38,175 nt of DNA, from contig JBGQKF010000003.1 in NCBI GenBank assembly GCA_041499435.1, positions 1 through 38,175 on the forward strand, written 5' to 3'. The first letter of the stretch is position 1, and each line of letters begins with the position of its first letter. The translations under genes were made by a program, and so were the position numbers. The DNA is from Gammaproteobacteria bacterium (GTDB taxonomy: Bacteria > Pseudomonadota > Gammaproteobacteria > Burkholderiales > SHXO01). Positions 18,247 to 30,512 of the stretch are shown in pieces. The notes under the pieces were generated by a model, which was not told where the DNA came from, searched no databases, and was given only the letters and a program-made list of their open reading frames with translations.

Positions 18247-19794
18247 CTAGTAAGAGCCCTTCTTTTTCCACTCCTCGATAGCCGACTTCAGCAGCTTCTC
18301 GTCGTCCGCGGACAGGTCCTTCTTTTCCTCCATGCGGTTGACGAGATCGGCGAAGCCGGTCTTGACGTAGTCGCGCATCGAGCGCTCCGCTGCCAGGGCT
18401 TTCTTGACGTCTATGTCGTCGAAGAAGCCGTTGTTGACGGCGAACAGGGTGAGCGCCATCTCCCACACCGCAAGCGGCTGGTACTGAGGCTGCTTCATCA
18501 ACTCGGTAACCATGCGGCCGCGGTCCAGCTGCTTGCGTGTGGCCTCGTCGAGGTCTGATGCGAACTGCGCGAACGCAGCCAGCTCGCGATATTGGGCAAG
18601 GGACAGGCGCACGCCGCCACCGGTATCGCGTCGTTTCATGATTTTCGTCTGAGCCGCCCCACCCACGCGTGACACGGAGATGCCGGCGTTGATCGCAGGC
18701 CGGATACCGGCGTTGAACAAATCGGTCTCCAGGAAGATCTGGCCGTCCGTGATAGAGATGACATTGGTGGGAACGAACGCTGTTACGTCGCCCGCCTGCG
18801 TCTCGATGATGGGAATTGCGGTAAGCGAGCCGGTCTTGCCTTTGACGGCGCCTTTGGTAAACCGTTCGACATACTCCTCGTTGACGCGTGCTCCTCGCTC
18901 CAGCAGCCGAGAGTGCAGGTAGAACACATCGCCCGGGTACGCTTCGCGACCGGGCGGCCGACGCAACAGCAGGGAGATCTGACGGTAAGCCCACGCCTGC
19001 TTGGTCAGGTCGTCATAGATGATCAGGGCATCCTGACCGCGGTCGCGGAAGTATTCACCCATCGTGCATCCGGAATAAGGAGCGATGTACTGCAGTGCTG
19101 CAGACTCCGATGCGGTGGCGGCTACTACGATGGTGTACGCCATGGCCCCGTACTCTTCGAGCTTGCGCACCACGTTCACTATCGTGGAGGCCTTCTGGCC
19201 GATGGCGACGTACACGCAGAACAGATCTTTGCCCTTCTGATTGATGATCGTGTCGACAGCCACTGCGGTCTTGCCGGTTTGCCGATCACCGATGATCAGC
19301 TCGCGCTGTCCACGGCCGATGGGTACCATCGAATCGATTGCCTTCAGGCCAGTTTGCACCGGCTGCGACACCGATTTACGCCAGATCACCCCGGGCGCGA
19401 CTTTCTCGATCACATCGGTCGCTTTGGCGTTGATCGGGCCTTTACCGTCGATGGGCTGCCCCAGGGCATTGACCACGCGGCCGAGCAGCTCGGGGCCAAT
19501 TGGAACTTCGAGAATGCGGCCGGTGGTCTTCACCGTGTCGCCTTCGGTGATGTGCTCGTAGTCACCCAGCACCACCGCACCAACCGAATCGCGCTCGAGG
19601 TTCAGCGCAAGGCCGAACGTATTCTGCGGGAACTCCAGCATCTCGCCCTGCATCACGTCCGCCAGGCCATGAATGCGGCAAATGCCGTCCGTCACTGAGA
19701 CGACGATGCCCTGCGTGCGCATCTCCGGAGAGACGGCCAGGTTTTGGATTTTGGTCCTGATCAGCTCACTGATCTCGGACGGATTGAGCTGCAT
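18247..19794 (-). CDS. atpA: ATP synthase alpha subunit
   Basis: GDRQTGKT and [23 protein letters not shown]. Confidence 0.99.
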   Translation of the reverse strand: MQLNPSEISELIRTKIQNLAVSPEMRTQGIVVSVTDGICRIHGLADVMQGEMLEFPQNTFGLALNLERDSVGAVVLGDYEHITEGDTVKTTGRILEVPIGPELLGRVVNALGQPIDGKGPINAKATDVIEKVAPGVIWRKSVSQPVQTGLKAIDSMVPIGRGQRELIIGDRQTGKTAVAVDTIINQKGKDLFCVYVAIGQKASTIVNVVRKLEEYGAMAYTIVVAATASESAALQYIAPYSGCTMGEYFRDRGQDALIIYDDLTKQAWAYRQISLLLRRPPGREAYPGDVFYLHSRLLERGARVNEEYVERFTKGAVKGKTGSLTAIPIIETQAGDVTAFVPTNVISITDGQIFLETDLFNAGIRPAINAGISVSRVGGAAQTKIMKRRDTGGGVRLSLAQYRELAAFAQFASDLDEATRKQLDRGRMVTELMKQPQYQPLAVWEMALTLFAVNNGFFDDIDVKKALAAERSMRDYVKTGFADLVNRMEEKKDLSADDEKLLKSAIEEWKKKGSY

Positions 19795-19832
19795 GGTTCG
19801 CTCCTATTGGACAGCTTGTTCTGTAGCCTCTA

Positions 19833-20369
19833 TCAACCGACCAGGGTCGCGGTCATTCCATCGAGCTGGGCACGTACCGACCCGTCCCAGACATCATCGC
19901 CCATCTGGATCCTCACGCCGCCGATTAAGGCCGGCATGACAGACACACTGGGAACTATTTTACGGCCCGTGCGCCTTTCCAACTTTGCTACGATTGTGCC
20001 GAGCTGCGCCTCGTTGAGCGGATACGCCGATTCAATAGACGCTTCCAGGACGTCTTCGTACTGCTTCTTGAGCCGCTCATAAAGGGACGCGATCTCGGGA
20101 AGTGCAGGCAGACGATCGTTACGCACGAGCAGGATCAGTAGATTGCGTGCTGCGTTATTCAGCTTCTCGCCAGCGATCGCGAGGAGCAGTCGCTCCGCAT
20201 CGTCTTTGGTAAACTTTGGATTCGCCAGTGCCGTTTGCACTTCCGCGTCAGCGTACACATCCGCCAGGAAGCGCAGCATTTCAGACCACTCGAGCAGCTG
20301 CTTAGTATCTTTGGCGAGAGCGAACGCGGCTTGCGCGTAAGGCCGGGCGATCGTAGTGATTTCCGCCAT
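19833..20369 (-). CDS. atpH: ATP synthase delta subunit
   Basis: MAEITTIARPYAQAAF and LIGGVRI...DGSVR. Confidence 0.97.
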   Translation of the reverse strand: MAEITTIARPYAQAAFALAKDTKQLLEWSEMLRFLADVYADAEVQTALANPKFTKDDAERLLLAIAGEKLNNAARNLLILLVRNDRLPALPEIASLYERLKKQYEDVLEASIESAYPLNEAQLGTIVAKLERRTGRKIVPSVSVMPALIGGVRIQMGDDVWDGSVRAQLDGMTATLVG

Positions 20370-20377
20370 GGCGTGCC

Positions 20378-20848
20378 TTACAGCTCTGCTGCTACGGCAT
20401 TCAACAAGTCGGCATGCACCTTGGCGTCGATCTCACGGCGCAAAATCTTTTCCGCACCCTGGACAGCAAGCGCGGCCACCTGGGCGCGCAGCGTCTCCTT
20501 GGCGCGAAACACTTCCTGGTCGATATCCGATTTTGCAGCGGCTACGATGCGATCGCCTTCGGCCTTCGCCTGCCCCTTGGCTGCCTCGACCATCTGGGCA
20601 GCCCGTTGTTCGGCCTGCGCCAGTAGCTCCTGAGCCTGCCCACGCGCTTCGCGCAGCACCTCATCGACGCGTTTGGAAGCAAGCTCCAGATCCTGTCTGC
20701 CGCGCTCGGCGGCGGCAAGCCCATCGGCGATCTGCTTCTGCCGTTGGTCCAATGCACGCTTTATCGGCGGCCACACGTACTTCATGGTGATGAAGATGAA
20801 GACGGCGAACCAGATCGCCTGGCCAAATAACGTAGCGTTGATATTCAC
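20378..20848 (-). CDS. atpF: ATP synthase F0 subunit b
   Basis: [20 protein letters not shown] and [11 protein letters not shown]; GTG start with GGAGG Shine-Dalgarno. Confidence 0.97.
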   Translation of the reverse strand: MNINATLFGQAIWFAVFIFITMKYVWPPIKRALDQRQKQIADGLAAAERGRQDLELASKRVDEVLREARGQAQELLAQAEQRAAQMVEAAKGQAKAEGDRIVAAAKSDIDQEVFRAKETLRAQVAALAVQGAEKILRREIDAKVHADLLNAVAAEL

Positions 20849-20880
20849 GCTAGCCTCCTAAGAAATTCAGGCGCGTCTGT

Positions 20881-21995
<1,115 letters not shown>

Positions 21996-22017
21996 TTAGC
22001 TCCACGCCCGCCCAACA

Positions 22018-22037
22018 AGCTTGATCCATGTCAAGCT
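22018..22037. promoter_or_regulatory. FNR/Anr/Dnr-type palindrome upstream of atpB
   Basis: AGC-TTGAT-CCAT-GTCAA-GCT; 9/10 match to TTGAT-N4-ATCAA. Confidence 0.6.
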
Positions 22038-22072
22038 CTGGTCAATAAACGTTTTTTGGAGGAGACGTAGAT

Positions 22073-22450
22073 TCATGCAAGTAGAAGTGCAGCCCAGTAA
22101 ACCGCCAGGGTAAGTATGTAGGTAACGAAGAAAGGCAACACCGACAACTCCTTCACCCAGGCGAAGCTCGCCCCGAACATCACTAACGTCAATCCGAGCT
22201 TGCAAAACTCCCCGAGGTATTGCCGCTGCAAGATAGCGCGCGGCGATCCAAAGGGTTTCTTAATCAGTAAAAAACCGTAAGCCGCACTGGGAATCACACC
22301 AATTGAGCCGCCTAGAGCGGCTGATTTGGCGGCGCCAGCCCCGCCTACCCCGAGTGCTACGAGCGAAGCCACAGCAGTAACTAAAACCTGCAAGCCGATG
22401 AGCTTGCTGATGGTCGTCTGCAACGACCTTGATCCGCCGACCGATCGCAT
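22073..22450 (-). CDS. atpI: ATP synthase protein I
   Basis: Hydrophobic 125 aa with SAALGG and YLGEFCKL, located immediately upstream of atpB. Confidence 0.88.
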   Translation of the reverse strand: MRSVGGSRSLQTTISKLIGLQVLVTAVASLVALGVGGAGAAKSAALGGSIGVIPSAAYGFLLIKKPFGSPRAILQRQYLGEFCKLGLTLVMFGASFAWVKELSVLPFFVTYILTLAVYWAALLLA

Positions 22451-22509
22451 AGGAGATACCGCACGGGCGGTTATCCCGAGGCGGAAACCCCCGGCTTAAA
22501 AAGCCCACG

Positions 22510-22539
22510 ATTCTAGTTAGAGATGATGGGCAGTGTCAA
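22510..22539 (-). promoter_or_regulatory. Sigma70 promoter of the atp operon
   Basis: Minus strand TTGACA (22539-22534), 18 bp spacer, TAGAAT (22515-22510). Confidence 0.7.
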
Positions 22540-22560
22540 CGCTTGCGAGCCTTACATGCG

Positions 22561-23409
22561 TCATGCACGCAGCTTGGTGAGCAGTTGATCGAGATGGTCC
22601 AGATCGCCATAGGCGATGACGACGCGTCCTGCGCCCTTGCCGCCCGGCCGGATCGAGACTCGCGTTCCCAGACGTTCTGACAGTTCTTCTTCCAGGGCGG
22701 CTACATCGCGGTCGCGCGCATGAGCCGGATGCGTCTTCTCGGCTGCATGTTGCGCACGAGTTGCCATACGCTCCGCCTGGCGAACGGACAACTGCCGTGT
22801 CGCGACTTCGTTGGCAAGCTCGATCTGCCGCGATCCAGGCAGCGTCAGCAGAGCACGTGCATGTCCCATTTCCAGTTTGCCCTCGATGAGCATCTGCTTC
22901 ACTGGAGCTGGCAGGCCAAGCAATCGAAGAAGATTGGTTACGGCGCTTCGCGAACGCCCGATCGCGTCGGCGGCAGTCTCGTGAGTCATTCCGAACTCAT
23001 CGATGAGCCGACGGATGCCTGTGGCTTCTTCGATCGGATTGAGATCCTCGCGCTGTATATTTTCGATCAAAGCCATCGCGAGCGCCGCTTCATCGCGCAC
23101 TTCGCGGATGACTACCGGCACACTTTGCAGACCCGCGATGGTGGCAGCACGCCATCGTCGTTCACCCGCAATGATCTCGAACGTCCCGTCTTCTGCCGGG
23201 CGCGCCAGGATGGGCTGGATGACGCCCTGCGCCTTAATCGATTCCGCGAGGTGGGAAATAGCATCGGGGTCCATGTGCGAGCGGGGCTGATACTTGCCCG
23301 GCCGAAGCTGGTCTACCGATACTTGTTGCAAGCGCTCACTGACCTCATAGCCCGCGTCAGAGCCTAATAACGCGTCCAGCCCGCGCCCAAGCCCCTTTAC
23401 TTTAGCCAT
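22561..23409 (-). CDS. parB: Chromosome partitioning protein ParB
   Basis: Start MAKVKGLGRGLDALL; IIAGERRWRAA; ENIQREDLN; HTH SRSAVTNLLRLL. Confidence 0.97.
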   Translation of the reverse strand: MAKVKGLGRGLDALLGSDAGYEVSERLQQVSVDQLRPGKYQPRSHMDPDAISHLAESIKAQGVIQPILARPAEDGTFEIIAGERRWRAATIAGLQSVPVVIREVRDEAALAMALIENIQREDLNPIEEATGIRRLIDEFGMTHETAADAIGRSRSAVTNLLRLLGLPAPVKQMLIEGKLEMGHARALLTLPGSRQIELANEVATRQLSVRQAERMATRAQHAAEKTHPAHARDRDVAALEEELSERLGTRVSIRPGGKGAGRVVIAYGDLDHLDQLLTKLRA

Positions 23410-24184
23410 GCATTCCCCGGGCCGGCTTGGACAGCATCTCTCCAGCGAGCGCAAGGTAAGCCAGCGCTCCCTTCGATTGGCGGTCGAGCGCGAGAACCGA
23501 CATGCCATGACTCGGCGCCTCGGCGAGCCGCACGTTACGCGGTATGACAGTGCGATATACCTTATCGCCAAAGTGCCGCTGTAGTTGTTCCGAAACTTGT
23601 TGCGCCAACATGTTTCGCGGATCGTACATGGTTCGCAGCAGTCCTTCGATTTCGAGAGCTGGGTTGAGGTGAGATCTCACCTTCTTGATCGTCTGTACGA
23701 GATCGGACAATCCTTCGAGTGCATAGTATTCGCACTGCATGGGAATCATCACAGAATGCGCAGCACACAGCCCGTTCACTGTAAGCAGATTGAGCGCCGG
23801 CGGGCAGTCGATGAGGATGAAATCGTACTGCTCCCTCACCTCATTCAATGCGTCCTTCAACCGCATTTCGCGATTCGGCATGTTGACCAACTCAACTTCT
23901 GCACCGGCCAATTCGCGGTTCGCTGGCGTCAGATCATACTGGGCGGCGGTCTTGCAGCGCGCAGCACTGAGCGGCGCTGATCCCAAAAGAACATCGTAGA
24001 CGGAAGGGTTGATAGATCGTTTGTCTATCCCGCTCCCCATGGTCGCGTTGCCCTGCGGATCGAGGTCAATCAGCAACACTCGTCTGCCCGCCAGGGCGAG
24101 GCTCGCAGCGACATTGATGCTCGTCGTCGTCTTCCCGACGCCACCTTTCTGGTTCGCGACTGCGAGGACGCGCGCAGAATTCAT
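23402..24184 (-). CDS. parA: Chromosome partitioning ATPase ParA/Soj
   Basis: NQKGGVGKTT, DLDPQGNAT, DCPP, QCEYYALEG and RLAEAPSHG. Confidence 0.97.
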   Translation of the reverse strand: MNSARVLAVANQKGGVGKTTTSINVAASLALAGRRVLLIDLDPQGNATMGSGIDKRSINPSVYDVLLGSAPLSAARCKTAAQYDLTPANRELAGAEVELVNMPNREMRLKDALNEVREQYDFILIDCPPALNLLTVNGLCAAHSVMIPMQCEYYALEGLSDLVQTIKKVRSHLNPALEIEGLLRTMYDPRNMLAQQVSEQLQRHFGDKVYRTVIPRNVRLAEAPSHGMSVLALDRQSKGALAYLALAGEMLSKPARGMHG

Positions 24185-24816
24185 GGAGATTTTGTTCCGG
24201 ATCGCAGGATCACGAGATGTCGAGCGGCGCGCAGGCCCGGTACGTCAATGCGCACGACGTTTTCGAGACGAAGCTCTGGGGGCAACTGCTCCAGTTCCTC
24301 ATCGGGGTAAAGACCTTTCATGGCAGCGAGTACGCCATCCGAGCGACACAAATGACGAGCAACCTCGACGAAGCTCGCCAAATCTGCGAAGGCCCGCGAA
24401 ATAACCACATCGAAGGAGCTGGTCGGATGCCATCTCTCAGCGCGCTCCATGACTACGTCCACGTTTTCAAGATGAAGCTCCGTCACAGCTTGACGTAGGA
24501 ACGCGCACTTCTTGTGATTGCTTTCAACTAACGCGACCCGCATAGCTGGCCTCGCCACCGCCATCGGGATCCCAGGCAGCCCTGCGCCGCTGCCGATGTC
24601 CGCAATGGTATCGACATTGAGGTATGGAAGTACGGCTAGACTATCGAGGATGTGATGCGTGACGACTTTCCCAGGCTCTCGTATCGCGGTGAGATTGTAG
24701 ATTCGATTCCATTTCCCCAAGAGAGAAATATAGGCCAGGAGACCGTCCAAACCGCCGGCCGGCAAGACTAGGCCGAGCCGCGACAGGCCCTGCCCCAGCT
24801 GCTCCTTTGGGGTCAT
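24181..24816 (-). CDS. rsmG: 16S rRNA m7G527 methyltransferase
   Basis: [28 protein letters not shown] and SRAF. Confidence 0.97.
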   Translation of the reverse strand: MTPKEQLGQGLSRLGLVLPAGGLDGLLAYISLLGKWNRIYNLTAIREPGKVVTHHILDSLAVLPYLNVDTIADIGSGAGLPGIPMAVARPAMRVALVESNHKKCAFLRQAVTELHLENVDVVMERAERWHPTSSFDVVISRAFADLASFVEVARHLCRSDGVLAAMKGLYPDEELEQLPPELRLENVVRIDVPGLRAARHLVILRSGTKSP

Positions 24817-26714
24817 AACACTTCGTCGTACGGGGAAAGCTCCCGTCGCAGGTGAACAAGCAGCAGCGAAATGGCCGCCGGCGTCACCCCTGGGACTCGC
24901 ATTGCTTGGCCCAAGGTTTCGGGACGGACTTCACTCAGCTTTTGCTGTACTTCAAAGGAGAGGCCGCGGATGGAGCGATAGTCCAGGCTGGCGGGAAGCT
25001 TGTTTTCTTCATGCCGGGCCAACCGGGTAATCTCATCTTGTTGCCGTTCGATGTAACCCTGGTACTTTGCCTGTACCTCGACTTGTTCGGCTACCGCTCG
25101 ATCTGCGACGCCAGGTCCGGCATGCTGAAGTGCCATCAGAGCGGAGTACGTCACCCCCGGACGCCTCAGTAGCTCTATTAACGGATAGTCACGGCCCAAG
25201 GGAGCGCCAAACAAAGCCAGCATTTGTGCCTCGGAAACGTCTTCAGGACCAAGCCGTGTCGAATGGAGCCTTTCCTTCTCCGATTGAATCTGATCGAGCT
25301 TGCGACGGCACGCGTCCCAGCGGTAGGGACTCACTATCCCAAGCTCATGACCAGTTTCGGTTAATCGCAAATCTGCGTTGTCTTCGCGGAGACTAAGACG
25401 ATACTCGGCACGGCTGGTGAACATCCGATAGGGCTCGGTAACACCTCGCGTAACCAGATCGTCGATTAGAACACCGATGTACGCATCGCTACGCGCAGGA
25501 CACCACGCCGGCCGGCCATTGACGTGCAGGGCCGCGTTCAGCCCGGCGACCAGCCCTTGTGCCGCTGCTTCTTCGTACCCGGTCGTGCCATTGATCTGGC
25601 CCGCGAAGAATAGTCCCGCTATAGCCTTGGTTTCGAGTGATGACTTGAGGGACCTTGGATCGAAGTAATCGTACTCTATGGCATACCCTGGTCGAGTAAG
25701 ATGAGCATTCTCAAGGCCTTGAATGGAGCGGACCAAATTGATCTGTACATCGAAGGGAAGACTCGTGGAAATCCCGTTCGGATAAATTTCATTGCTCGTG
25801 AGGCCCTCAGGTTCGAGAAAAATCTGGTGACTTTCCTTGTCCGCAAACCGGGTTATCTTATCCTCTATCGATGGGCAATACCGCGGGCCCGTGCCCTCGA
25901 TCACTCCCGTGAACAGCGGGGAACGGTCCAGTCCACCGCGTATGATCTCGTGCGTGTAACGATTGGTACGAGTGATCCAGCAAGCTACCTGGCGCGGATG
26001 CTGACTGGGATCACCCAGGAACGAAAACACCGGCGTGGGTTCATCACCCAACTGTTCCTGCAATATTGAGAAGTCGATGGTCCGAGCATCGATGCGAGGG
26101 GGAGTCCCAGTCTTGAGCCGTCCGACCGGTAAGTTCAACTCTCTCAGTCGCTTGGACAATGTAGTCGCAGCGGGATCTCCTGCGCGTCCTGCGCTGTGGC
26201 TTCGCAAGCCTACGTGTATCAATCCGGCAAGGAATGTCCCAGTCGTCAGGACGACCGCTTCCGTCATAAATCTAACCCCTGACTGTGTTACGACGGCTCT
26301 GACTTTGCCGTTGTAAACCTCTAAATCGTCTACCGGCTGCTGAAACACACTCAGATAATTTTGACGTTCAATACGCGTCCGGATGGCCTGCCGATATAAC
26401 ACACGATCCGCTTGTGCCCTTGTGGCACGCACAGCTGGACCCTTGCTCGCGTTCAGAATCCGAAATTGAATTCCCGCTTCATCGGCTGCCGCGGCCATCG
26501 CGCCGCCCATTGCGTCGATTTCTTTGACGAGGTGCCCCTTACCGATGCCGCCGATAGACGGATTACAGGACATCTGGCCGAGCGTTTCAATGCTGTGCGT
26601 GATTAGCAGCGTTCTTACGCCCATCCGAGCCGCGGCTAGGGCTGCCTCGGTACCCGCGTGCCCGCCACCGACCACGACTACGTCGAATCTATTCGGATGG
26701 TTAGTGTTTCCCAT
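24813..26714 (-). CDS. mnmG: tRNA uridine 5-carboxymethylaminomethyl modification enzyme
   Basis: [28 protein letters not shown] and [16 protein letters not shown]. Start set at MGNTN, downstream of the parS sites. Confidence 0.98.
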   Translation of the reverse strand: MGNTNHPNRFDVVVVGGGHAGTEAALAAARMGVRTLLITHSIETLGQMSCNPSIGGIGKGHLVKEIDAMGGAMAAAADEAGIQFRILNASKGPAVRATRAQADRVLYRQAIRTRIERQNYLSVFQQPVDDLEVYNGKVRAVVTQSGVRFMTEAVVLTTGTFLAGLIHVGLRSHSAGRAGDPAATTLSKRLRELNLPVGRLKTGTPPRIDARTIDFSILQEQLGDEPTPVFSFLGDPSQHPRQVACWITRTNRYTHEIIRGGLDRSPLFTGVIEGTGPRYCPSIEDKITRFADKESHQIFLEPEGLTSNEIYPNGISTSLPFDVQINLVRSIQGLENAHLTRPGYAIEYDYFDPRSLKSSLETKAIAGLFFAGQINGTTGYEEAAAQGLVAGLNAALHVNGRPAWCPARSDAYIGVLIDDLVTRGVTEPYRMFTSRAEYRLSLREDNADLRLTETGHELGIVSPYRWDACRRKLDQIQSEKERLHSTRLGPEDVSEAQMLALFGAPLGRDYPLIELLRRPGVTYSALMALQHAGPGVADRAVAEQVEVQAKYQGYIERQQDEITRLARHEENKLPASLDYRSIRGLSFEVQQKLSEVRPETLGQAMRVPGVTPAAISLLLVHLRRELSPYDEVL

Positions 26715-26726
26715 AGCAGTGATCAG

Positions 26727-26742
26727 GGTTCCACGTGGAACC
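26727..26742. promoter_or_regulatory. parS site 1
   Basis: Perfect palindrome GGTTCCACGTGGAACC matching the consensus TGTTNCACGTGNAACA. Confidence 0.9.
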
Positions 26743-26750
26743 GAGAAAGG

Positions 26751-26766
26751 GGTTCCACGTGGAACA
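26751..26766. promoter_or_regulatory. parS site 2
   Basis: GGTTCCACGTGGAACA, starting 24 bp after the start of site 1. Confidence 0.9.
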
Positions 26767-26769
26767 AAT

Positions 26770-28095
26770 TCATTTTCCGATACAAAATGTACTAAAAATA
26801 TGACCGAGAAGATCGTCAGCAGCCAACTGCCCCGTAATGCTGCCAAGCGCCACGCTCGCCAGCCGAAGCTCTTCAGCTACAAATTCCAAGCCTCCCTCAT
26901 GACTTCTGGCGGATTCGATGTAGCGTATAGCTTCGTGAAGGGCGAACACATGCCTTTCCCGTGCGATAAAGTTTGCCTCGCTTGCGTCTTGGAGTTCCAT
27001 TGCGTCTACGACAACTTGGCAAAGTTTATCGACTCCTTGTCCTGTTTTCGCAGAAATGCAGACGACTGAAGGATCTTGCGGTAAATCCGCGGCGTTGAGC
27101 AAATCCGCCTTATTCAAGATGGAGACCTGCCTCACATTTCTCGGCAACCACGCCTGCAGCGATTCCGCTACAGGATCAAGGCGGGTATCTCTCATATTCA
27201 GAATAATGTCGGCACTCTTGGCGGCGTCCAATGCCTTTTGCACACCGATCTTCTCCACGGGATCGTCGGTTTGCCGGATTCCCGCGGTATCTACCACGGT
27301 CACCGGCATTCCACTCAGCGTCATTTCGACGGTTATAGCATCTCGTGTCGTGCCTGGAATATCGGTAACGATAGCCACCGCATCCCCAGCCAAGTAATTC
27401 AGAAGGGTGGATTTGCCGACATTGGGTGTCCCGATAATGGCCACCTTGATGCCATCTCGCAACCGTCTGCCGCGAATTGCCTGGCTCAAGAGGCGCCTTA
27501 CGCCATCAAGTGCGGCCGTAAGCTCCTCCATTAGCGCGCTTTTCTCGAACTCACCAATTGGATCTTCGGGGAAGTCGATTTCCGCTTCTAACTGCGTACG
27601 CACTCGGAGAAGCAAGTGTTGAAGCGCATCAACCGCATGAGAGAAGGCGCCGTTCAGGGAGCGAATCGCCGCACGCGCCGCAGATTCCGAGCTGGCTTCG
27701 ATTAGATCGGCGACTGACTCGGCCTGAGCAAGATCAATTTTGCCGTTGAGGAATGCTCGTCGCGTAAATTCCCCCGGCTCGGCAAGGCGTGCCCCCATTT
27801 CAAGGCAACGGCCAAGCACCAGTCTTAGGACGCCACTACCGCCATGACCCTGTAGCTCAAGAACGTCCTCGCCCGTATACGATCGTGGACCTGGAAAGTA
27901 CAGTCCAATACCCGAATCGAGGGCATTGCCGCGTACATCCAGAAACTTTGTTACCGTCGCAAGCCGCGGGGTGAGCATGCGTCCAAACAGCCCTGCCATC
28001 ATTTCCGTCAAATCAGGGCCAGAAATCCGCACCACACCGATCGCTCCCCGTCCGGGCGCGGTGGCGACCGCGGCAATGACGTCAGGCTTCCCCAC
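26770..28095 (-). CDS. mnmE: tRNA modification GTPase MnmE
   Basis: [42 protein letters not shown] and C-terminal FCIGK. GTG start inferred, overlapping the end of yidC. Confidence 0.97.
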   Translation of the reverse strand: MGKPDVIAAVATAPGRGAIGVVRISGPDLTEMMAGLFGRMLTPRLATVTKFLDVRGNALDSGIGLYFPGPRSYTGEDVLELQGHGGSGVLRLVLGRCLEMGARLAEPGEFTRRAFLNGKIDLAQAESVADLIEASSESAARAAIRSLNGAFSHAVDALQHLLLRVRTQLEAEIDFPEDPIGEFEKSALMEELTAALDGVRRLLSQAIRGRRLRDGIKVAIIGTPNVGKSTLLNYLAGDAVAIVTDIPGTTRDAITVEMTLSGMPVTVVDTAGIRQTDDPVEKIGVQKALDAAKSADIILNMRDTRLDPVAESLQAWLPRNVRQVSILNKADLLNAADLPQDPSVVCISAKTGQGVDKLCQVVVDAMELQDASEANFIARERHVFALHEAIRYIESARSHEGGLEFVAEELRLASVALGSITGQLAADDLLGHIFSTFCIGK

Positions 28096-29716
28096 GGCTG
28101 GTCTTGCCCTGCTCCAGCGTCCGGGTGATATACCACTGTTGGGCAATGGAAAGAATGTTGTTCACCAGCCAGTAGAGGACCAGCCCGGCAGGAAAGAAAA
28201 AGAAGAAGATGCTGAAGGCGATAGGCATTATCTTCATCAGCTTGGCCTGTACCGGATCCGGTGGCGTCGGGTTCAACCATGTTTGTATAAACATGGTCGC
28301 GCCCATCAATACGGGCAGTATGTAATAGGGATCCTGCCTCGACAGATCATGGATCCACAAGACAAACGGCGCCTGGCGAAGCTCTACGCTCAGCAGAAGA
28401 ACCCAATAAAGTGCAATAAAAACAGGTATTTGAACAACAATAGGAAGACATCCACCCAACGGGTTGACCTTCTCCGTTTTGTACAGCTCCATCATGGCTT
28501 GGTGCATACGCTGCCGGTCATCGCCGTAGCGCTCTTTCAGTTTCTGCAGCTTCGGTGCCAATACCTTCATCCGAGCCATCGACCTGTAGCTCGTCGCGGA
28601 GAGTGGGTAGAACGCCAGTTTGATGAGCACCGTGAGGAGAATGATCGCTACGCCCCAATTGTGTACAAAGTCATGGATCCGGCTCAGCACCCAGAACAGA
28701 GGTACAGCCAGAACTCGCAACCAGCCGTAGTCGACGGTAAGCTCGAGGCCCGGGGCAAGTTTACGCAGTGCATCTTGTTCCTGCGGGCCGGCATACAACT
28801 GAGTTGACACAGTCACCATCTGCCCAGGAGCGATTTGACCGACTGGTAATTTCGCCCCGACGGCGAATAGCCCATTGTCGATGGGTCGCACGAAGATTTC
28901 TCGATGCTTCCCTGCGGGCGGAAGCCACGCACCGAGGAAATAGTGCTGGACGATTGCAACCCACCCATCGTCCGCGTCCTTTGGATAATCAAACTTGTTC
29001 TTGGTGACATCTTCAAAAGATGCTTTGCGGAGTTTGTCCCTTTCCGTGTAGACCTCAGCCCCTAGAAATGTCGGCACCATCCTGGAATCGCCCGCCGCCG
29101 GCTTGGCGTCCCGGAGCAACTGGTAGTAGACCGTCGGCTGAATCGAAGCACCTGGCGGAGCCGCGATCTCGAATGCGATGTCCACCAGATATGCGCCGCG
29201 TCGAAACGTATAAATCTTCGCGACCTTCGCCCCGCTCTCGTCCTCAGCTTCCAGCCGGACGACCAGCGTATCCGCGCCTGGCCCCATCTCGTAATTTGTC
29301 TGAGTCGCCCGGTAGTTGCTGGTGTGGTTGGGAAACGGCCCTCCGATCAGTCCGCTTTGGGCTATGTATGTGTGCTCGGAGTCTTCTTCCAGCAGTACGA
29401 AGTTCTTTTGCGGATTGAGTGTATCCCGATACTTCAAAAGCTCCATGCGGCGCAAATCCGCACCTGCCGTATCGATCTCTGCTTTCAGCGTGTCGGTAGT
29501 AACGGTGACGCGTTGACCGTGCGCACGCTCAGTCGGCACTGGAGTAACTGGCGAAGCCTGTTGCGGGCCCGTTCCGGCTGCGGGTGGCGTAGCGGCGGGC
29601 TGACTTGGCGCCGAGCGTTGGGGAGGTGGTTGGTGCTCCTTCATCCAGGCATCGAACAGGAAGAACACAGAAATTGCGAACACAATTCCTGCGAATATTC
29701 TAAACGAATCCATCAT
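28082..29716 (-). CDS. yidC: Membrane protein insertase YidC
   Basis: VDYGWL, NWGVAII, NPLGGCLP, ELRQAPF and PAGLVLYW. Confidence 0.97.
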   Translation of the reverse strand: MMDSFRIFAGIVFAISVFFLFDAWMKEHQPPPQRSAPSQPAATPPAAGTGPQQASPVTPVPTERAHGQRVTVTTDTLKAEIDTAGADLRRMELLKYRDTLNPQKNFVLLEEDSEHTYIAQSGLIGGPFPNHTSNYRATQTNYEMGPGADTLVVRLEAEDESGAKVAKIYTFRRGAYLVDIAFEIAAPPGASIQPTVYYQLLRDAKPAAGDSRMVPTFLGAEVYTERDKLRKASFEDVTKNKFDYPKDADDGWVAIVQHYFLGAWLPPAGKHREIFVRPIDNGLFAVGAKLPVGQIAPGQMVTVSTQLYAGPQEQDALRKLAPGLELTVDYGWLRVLAVPLFWVLSRIHDFVHNWGVAIILLTVLIKLAFYPLSATSYRSMARMKVLAPKLQKLKERYGDDRQRMHQAMMELYKTEKVNPLGGCLPIVVQIPVFIALYWVLLLSVELRQAPFVLWIHDLSRQDPYYILPVLMGATMFIQTWLNPTPPDPVQAKLMKIMPIAFSIFFFFFPAGLVLYWLVNNILSIAQQWYITRTLEQGKTSRGEA

Positions 29717-29719
29717 TGT

Positions 29720-29938
29720 TCAACGCTTGTTGGGGACCGGATCAAAACCGCCGTCGTTCCATGGATGGCAGCGCGCAAGCCGGACAATCGAGAGCCACGA
29801 ACCACGGCGTGCACCATGCATCATGACCGCCTCCTTAGCGTACTCGGAGCAAGTTGGATGGAAGCGGCAGCGATTACCCAGCATCGGACTGATCACCAGT
29901 TGATAAAGCGAGATCAGCGCGAAAATAATGTTCTTCAT
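29720..29938 (-). CDS. yidD: Membrane protein insertion efficiency factor YidD
   Basis: YQLVISP, CRFHPTCSEYA and RCHPW..GG.DPVP. Confidence 0.95.
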   Translation of the reverse strand: MKNIIFALISLYQLVISPMLGNRCRFHPTCSEYAKEAVMMHGARRGSWLSIVRLARCHPWNDGGFDPVPNKR

Positions 29939-30279
29939 TTGAGCAGCGAGGTCAGCACGGCAGCCAACTCCACCTGAGAAGCCTTTGCATCCGCAGGACG
30001 CACCGCCTCCCGAATCCGTACCAGCAGGTCATAACCGGCCAGTTCTCGTTGGCGCGTCCGGAACGTCTCCCGGATCAACCGCTTCAGGAAGTTGCGCGCC
30101 ACCGCGTGTTGGACTGTACGCTTCCCTACAATGATTCCCAGACGAGCGAACGACTTTTGATTGCGTACTGCGTGCACGGTGAACCGCCTGCTTCGTGCAG
30201 CCGGTTTGGAGGTTAAGAGCGCTTGGAAAGCATCTCGCCCGGTCAGGCGCGCGCGCGGTCTGAACGCATTCTGCCGCAA
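29935..30279 (-). CDS. rnpA: Ribonuclease P protein component
   Basis: RLGIIVGKR and AVARNFLKRLIRETFR; TTG start inferred just after rpmH. Confidence 0.93.
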   Translation of the reverse strand: MRQNAFRPRARLTGRDAFQALLTSKPAARSRRFTVHAVRNQKSFARLGIIVGKRTVQHAVARNFLKRLIRETFRTRQRELAGYDLLVRIREAVRPADAKASQVELAAVLTSLLK

Positions 30280-30286
30280 GCCTACG

Positions 30287-30421
30287 CTAGACCGCCAGCC
30301 GTTTCCGCCCTTTTGCGCGTCGGTTATTGAGGACCTTTCGCCCACCCAAGGTCTTCATGCGTGCGCGAAAGCCATGTGTCCGGGCGCGACGAACTTTCGA
30401 AGGTTGATATGTGCGTTTCAT
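30287..30421 (-). CDS. rpmH: 50S ribosomal protein L34
   Basis: Not in the ORF track. Manual translation: [44 protein letters not shown]. Confidence 0.98.
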   Translation of the reverse strand: MKRTYQPSKVRRARTHGFRARMKTLGGRKVLNNRRAKGRKRLAV

Positions 30422-30463
30422 TGCTGGATTCGCTCGTGAAGAGTGGTTCTGGAAAAGCCTGCT

Positions 30464-30493
30464 ATTACACGGCGTTCAGGTACCACTTGTCAA
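30464..30493 (-). promoter_or_regulatory. Probable rpmH promoter
   Basis: Minus strand TTGACA (30493-30488), 18 bp spacer, TGTAAT (30469-30464). Confidence 0.5.
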
Positions 30494-30512
30494 TTTATAC
30501 CGGAAATGGGTC

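Noticed and set aside
22029-22034. Minus-strand TTGACA as a standard -35 for atpB
   Set aside because: The sequence 16-18 bp downstream is GC-rich with no -10; the FNR-box geometry fits better.
26727-26766. Two repeated palindromes as a mini-CRISPR or REP element
   Set aside because: Only two copies with an 8-bp gap, no cas genes, and a match to the parS consensus beside parAB.
24813-28095. Apparently more AT-rich codon usage in mnmG and mnmE, suggesting horizontal transfer
   Set aside because: Judged by eye only; these are core genes in conserved order with no mobility signatures.
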